The notes under the pieces were generated by a model. That model worked only from the letters and a program-made list of their open reading frames with translations, did not search any database and was not told where the DNA came from. Below are positions 63,182-64,000 of a DNA stretch of 64,000 nt, in pieces. The position numbers were made by a program, and so were the translations under genes. The DNA lies in contig OZ244653.1 in assembly GCA_965218795.1 (NCBI GenBank), positions 3,872,001 through 3,936,000 on the forward strand, in the 5' to 3' direction. Position 1 is the first letter of the stretch. The number at the start of each line of letters is the position of its first letter. Source of the stretch: a bacterium (lineage in GTDB: Bacteria > UBA8248 > JACPRG01 > G963555815).

Positions 63182-64000
63182 TTGAGAGCGCTTGCGTTGC
63201 TTGTTGCCGTGCCGTTGCTTTTGGCGGTGACCGCCGGCGACGCCGTTTCGGAAGCCGAAGAGCCGGAGGCGCAACCAGGCCTGTCCGTGACCCCTGAAAC
63301 GCCGGGCGTCGGTCCATCGGCAGTGCGCTTTGGTCAATCGTGTGCGCTCAGCGGCCCTGCGAAGGCGCTGGGAGAAGGGATGCGCCTGGGGATCCTGGCG
63401 GCATTCGACGAGGTGAATCGCGCCGGCGGCGTACACGGCCGCCGACTGCGCCTGACCACGCTCGATGACCGCTACGAACCCGAGGCGGCCATCGTGAACA
63501 CGCGCAGACTGATCGAACAGGAAAAGGTTTTCGGGCTGATCGGCGCGGTGGGCACTCCGACGTCGAAAGCGGCCGAGCCGATCGCGACCGAAGGGGGCGT
63601 CTTCTACCTCGGAGCCTTCACCGGGGCGGAGTTTCTGCGCGACGCGCTCCGACGCCCGATGGTGATCAACGTGCGCGCATCCTATTATCAAGAGACCGAA
63701 GAGATGGTCGCGCGCCTGACCGAGGATCTCGGCGTGAAGCGCGTCGGAATCCTTTACCAAGACGACTCGTACGGTCGCGCGGGGCTGGCGGGCACGCAAC
63801 AGGCGCTCGGCAGACGCGATATGAAGCTGGCAGCCGAGGCCACCTATCCGCGCAACACGGCGGCGGTGAAGACCGCCGTGCTCGACCTCAGACTCGGCCA
63901 GCCCGAGGCGATCATTATCGTGGGCGCTTACGCGCCCGTCGCGACCTTCATCCAGTGGTGTCGTTACCTTGGCTTCAATCCCATTTTCGTGAACATCTCG
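63182..64000 (+). CDS. Periplasmic binding protein (LivJ-like type 1), partial; runs off the window end
   Basis: TTG start after GGAGG; signal peptide; FGQSCALSGPA..AAFDEVNRAGGVHGRRL..DDRYEP..GAVGTPT. Confidence 0.85.
   Translation, partial: MRALALLVAVPLLLAVTAGDAVSEAEEPEAQPGLSVTPETPGVGPSAVRFGQSCALSGPAKALGEGMRLGILAAFDEVNRAGGVHGRRLRLTTLDDRYEPEAAIVNTRRLIEQEKVFGLIGAVGTPTSKAAEPIATEGGVFYLGAFTGAEFLRDALRRPMVINVRASYYQETEEMVARLTEDLGVKRVGILYQDDSYGRAGLAGTQQALGRRDMKLAAEATYPRNTAAVKTAVLDLRLGQPEAIIIVGAYAPVATFIQWCRYLGFNPIFVNIS

Overview
GC-rich bacterial window with an outer membrane (TonB receptor, beta-barrels). 1-22 kb is mostly metabolic: a degraded IS5, suhB-like phosphatase, MFS, thermonuclease, heterodimeric ABC exporter, nth, an orphan XDH-family Mo subunit behind a sugar-type ABC importer, and CocE and MBL hydrolases. 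22-60 kb is an accessory/defence-rich mosaic: a truncated type IIG R-M, Fic, Phd-RelE and HigBA TA pairs, type III R-M/AbiEii/UvrD scraps, IS1595, and a type I R-M with a TIR gene embedded, interleaved with a TonB receptor, msrA and aapJQMP. The window ends in an Rsb-like partner-switching operon. The most novel signals are non-coding. (1) A 71-nt D-armless tRNA/tmRNA-like RNA (G3-U70, ACCA) at 26388-26458 (-) has its own sigma70-like promoter, and its two loops are complementary to a bipartite site in the ORF just downstream, like phage C4/CI antisense RNAs. (2) A ~295-nt promoter-preceded multi-helix RNA candidate lies at 3301-3595, convergent on the thermonuclease gene. All calls come from reading the sequence by eye; no searches or folding were run.
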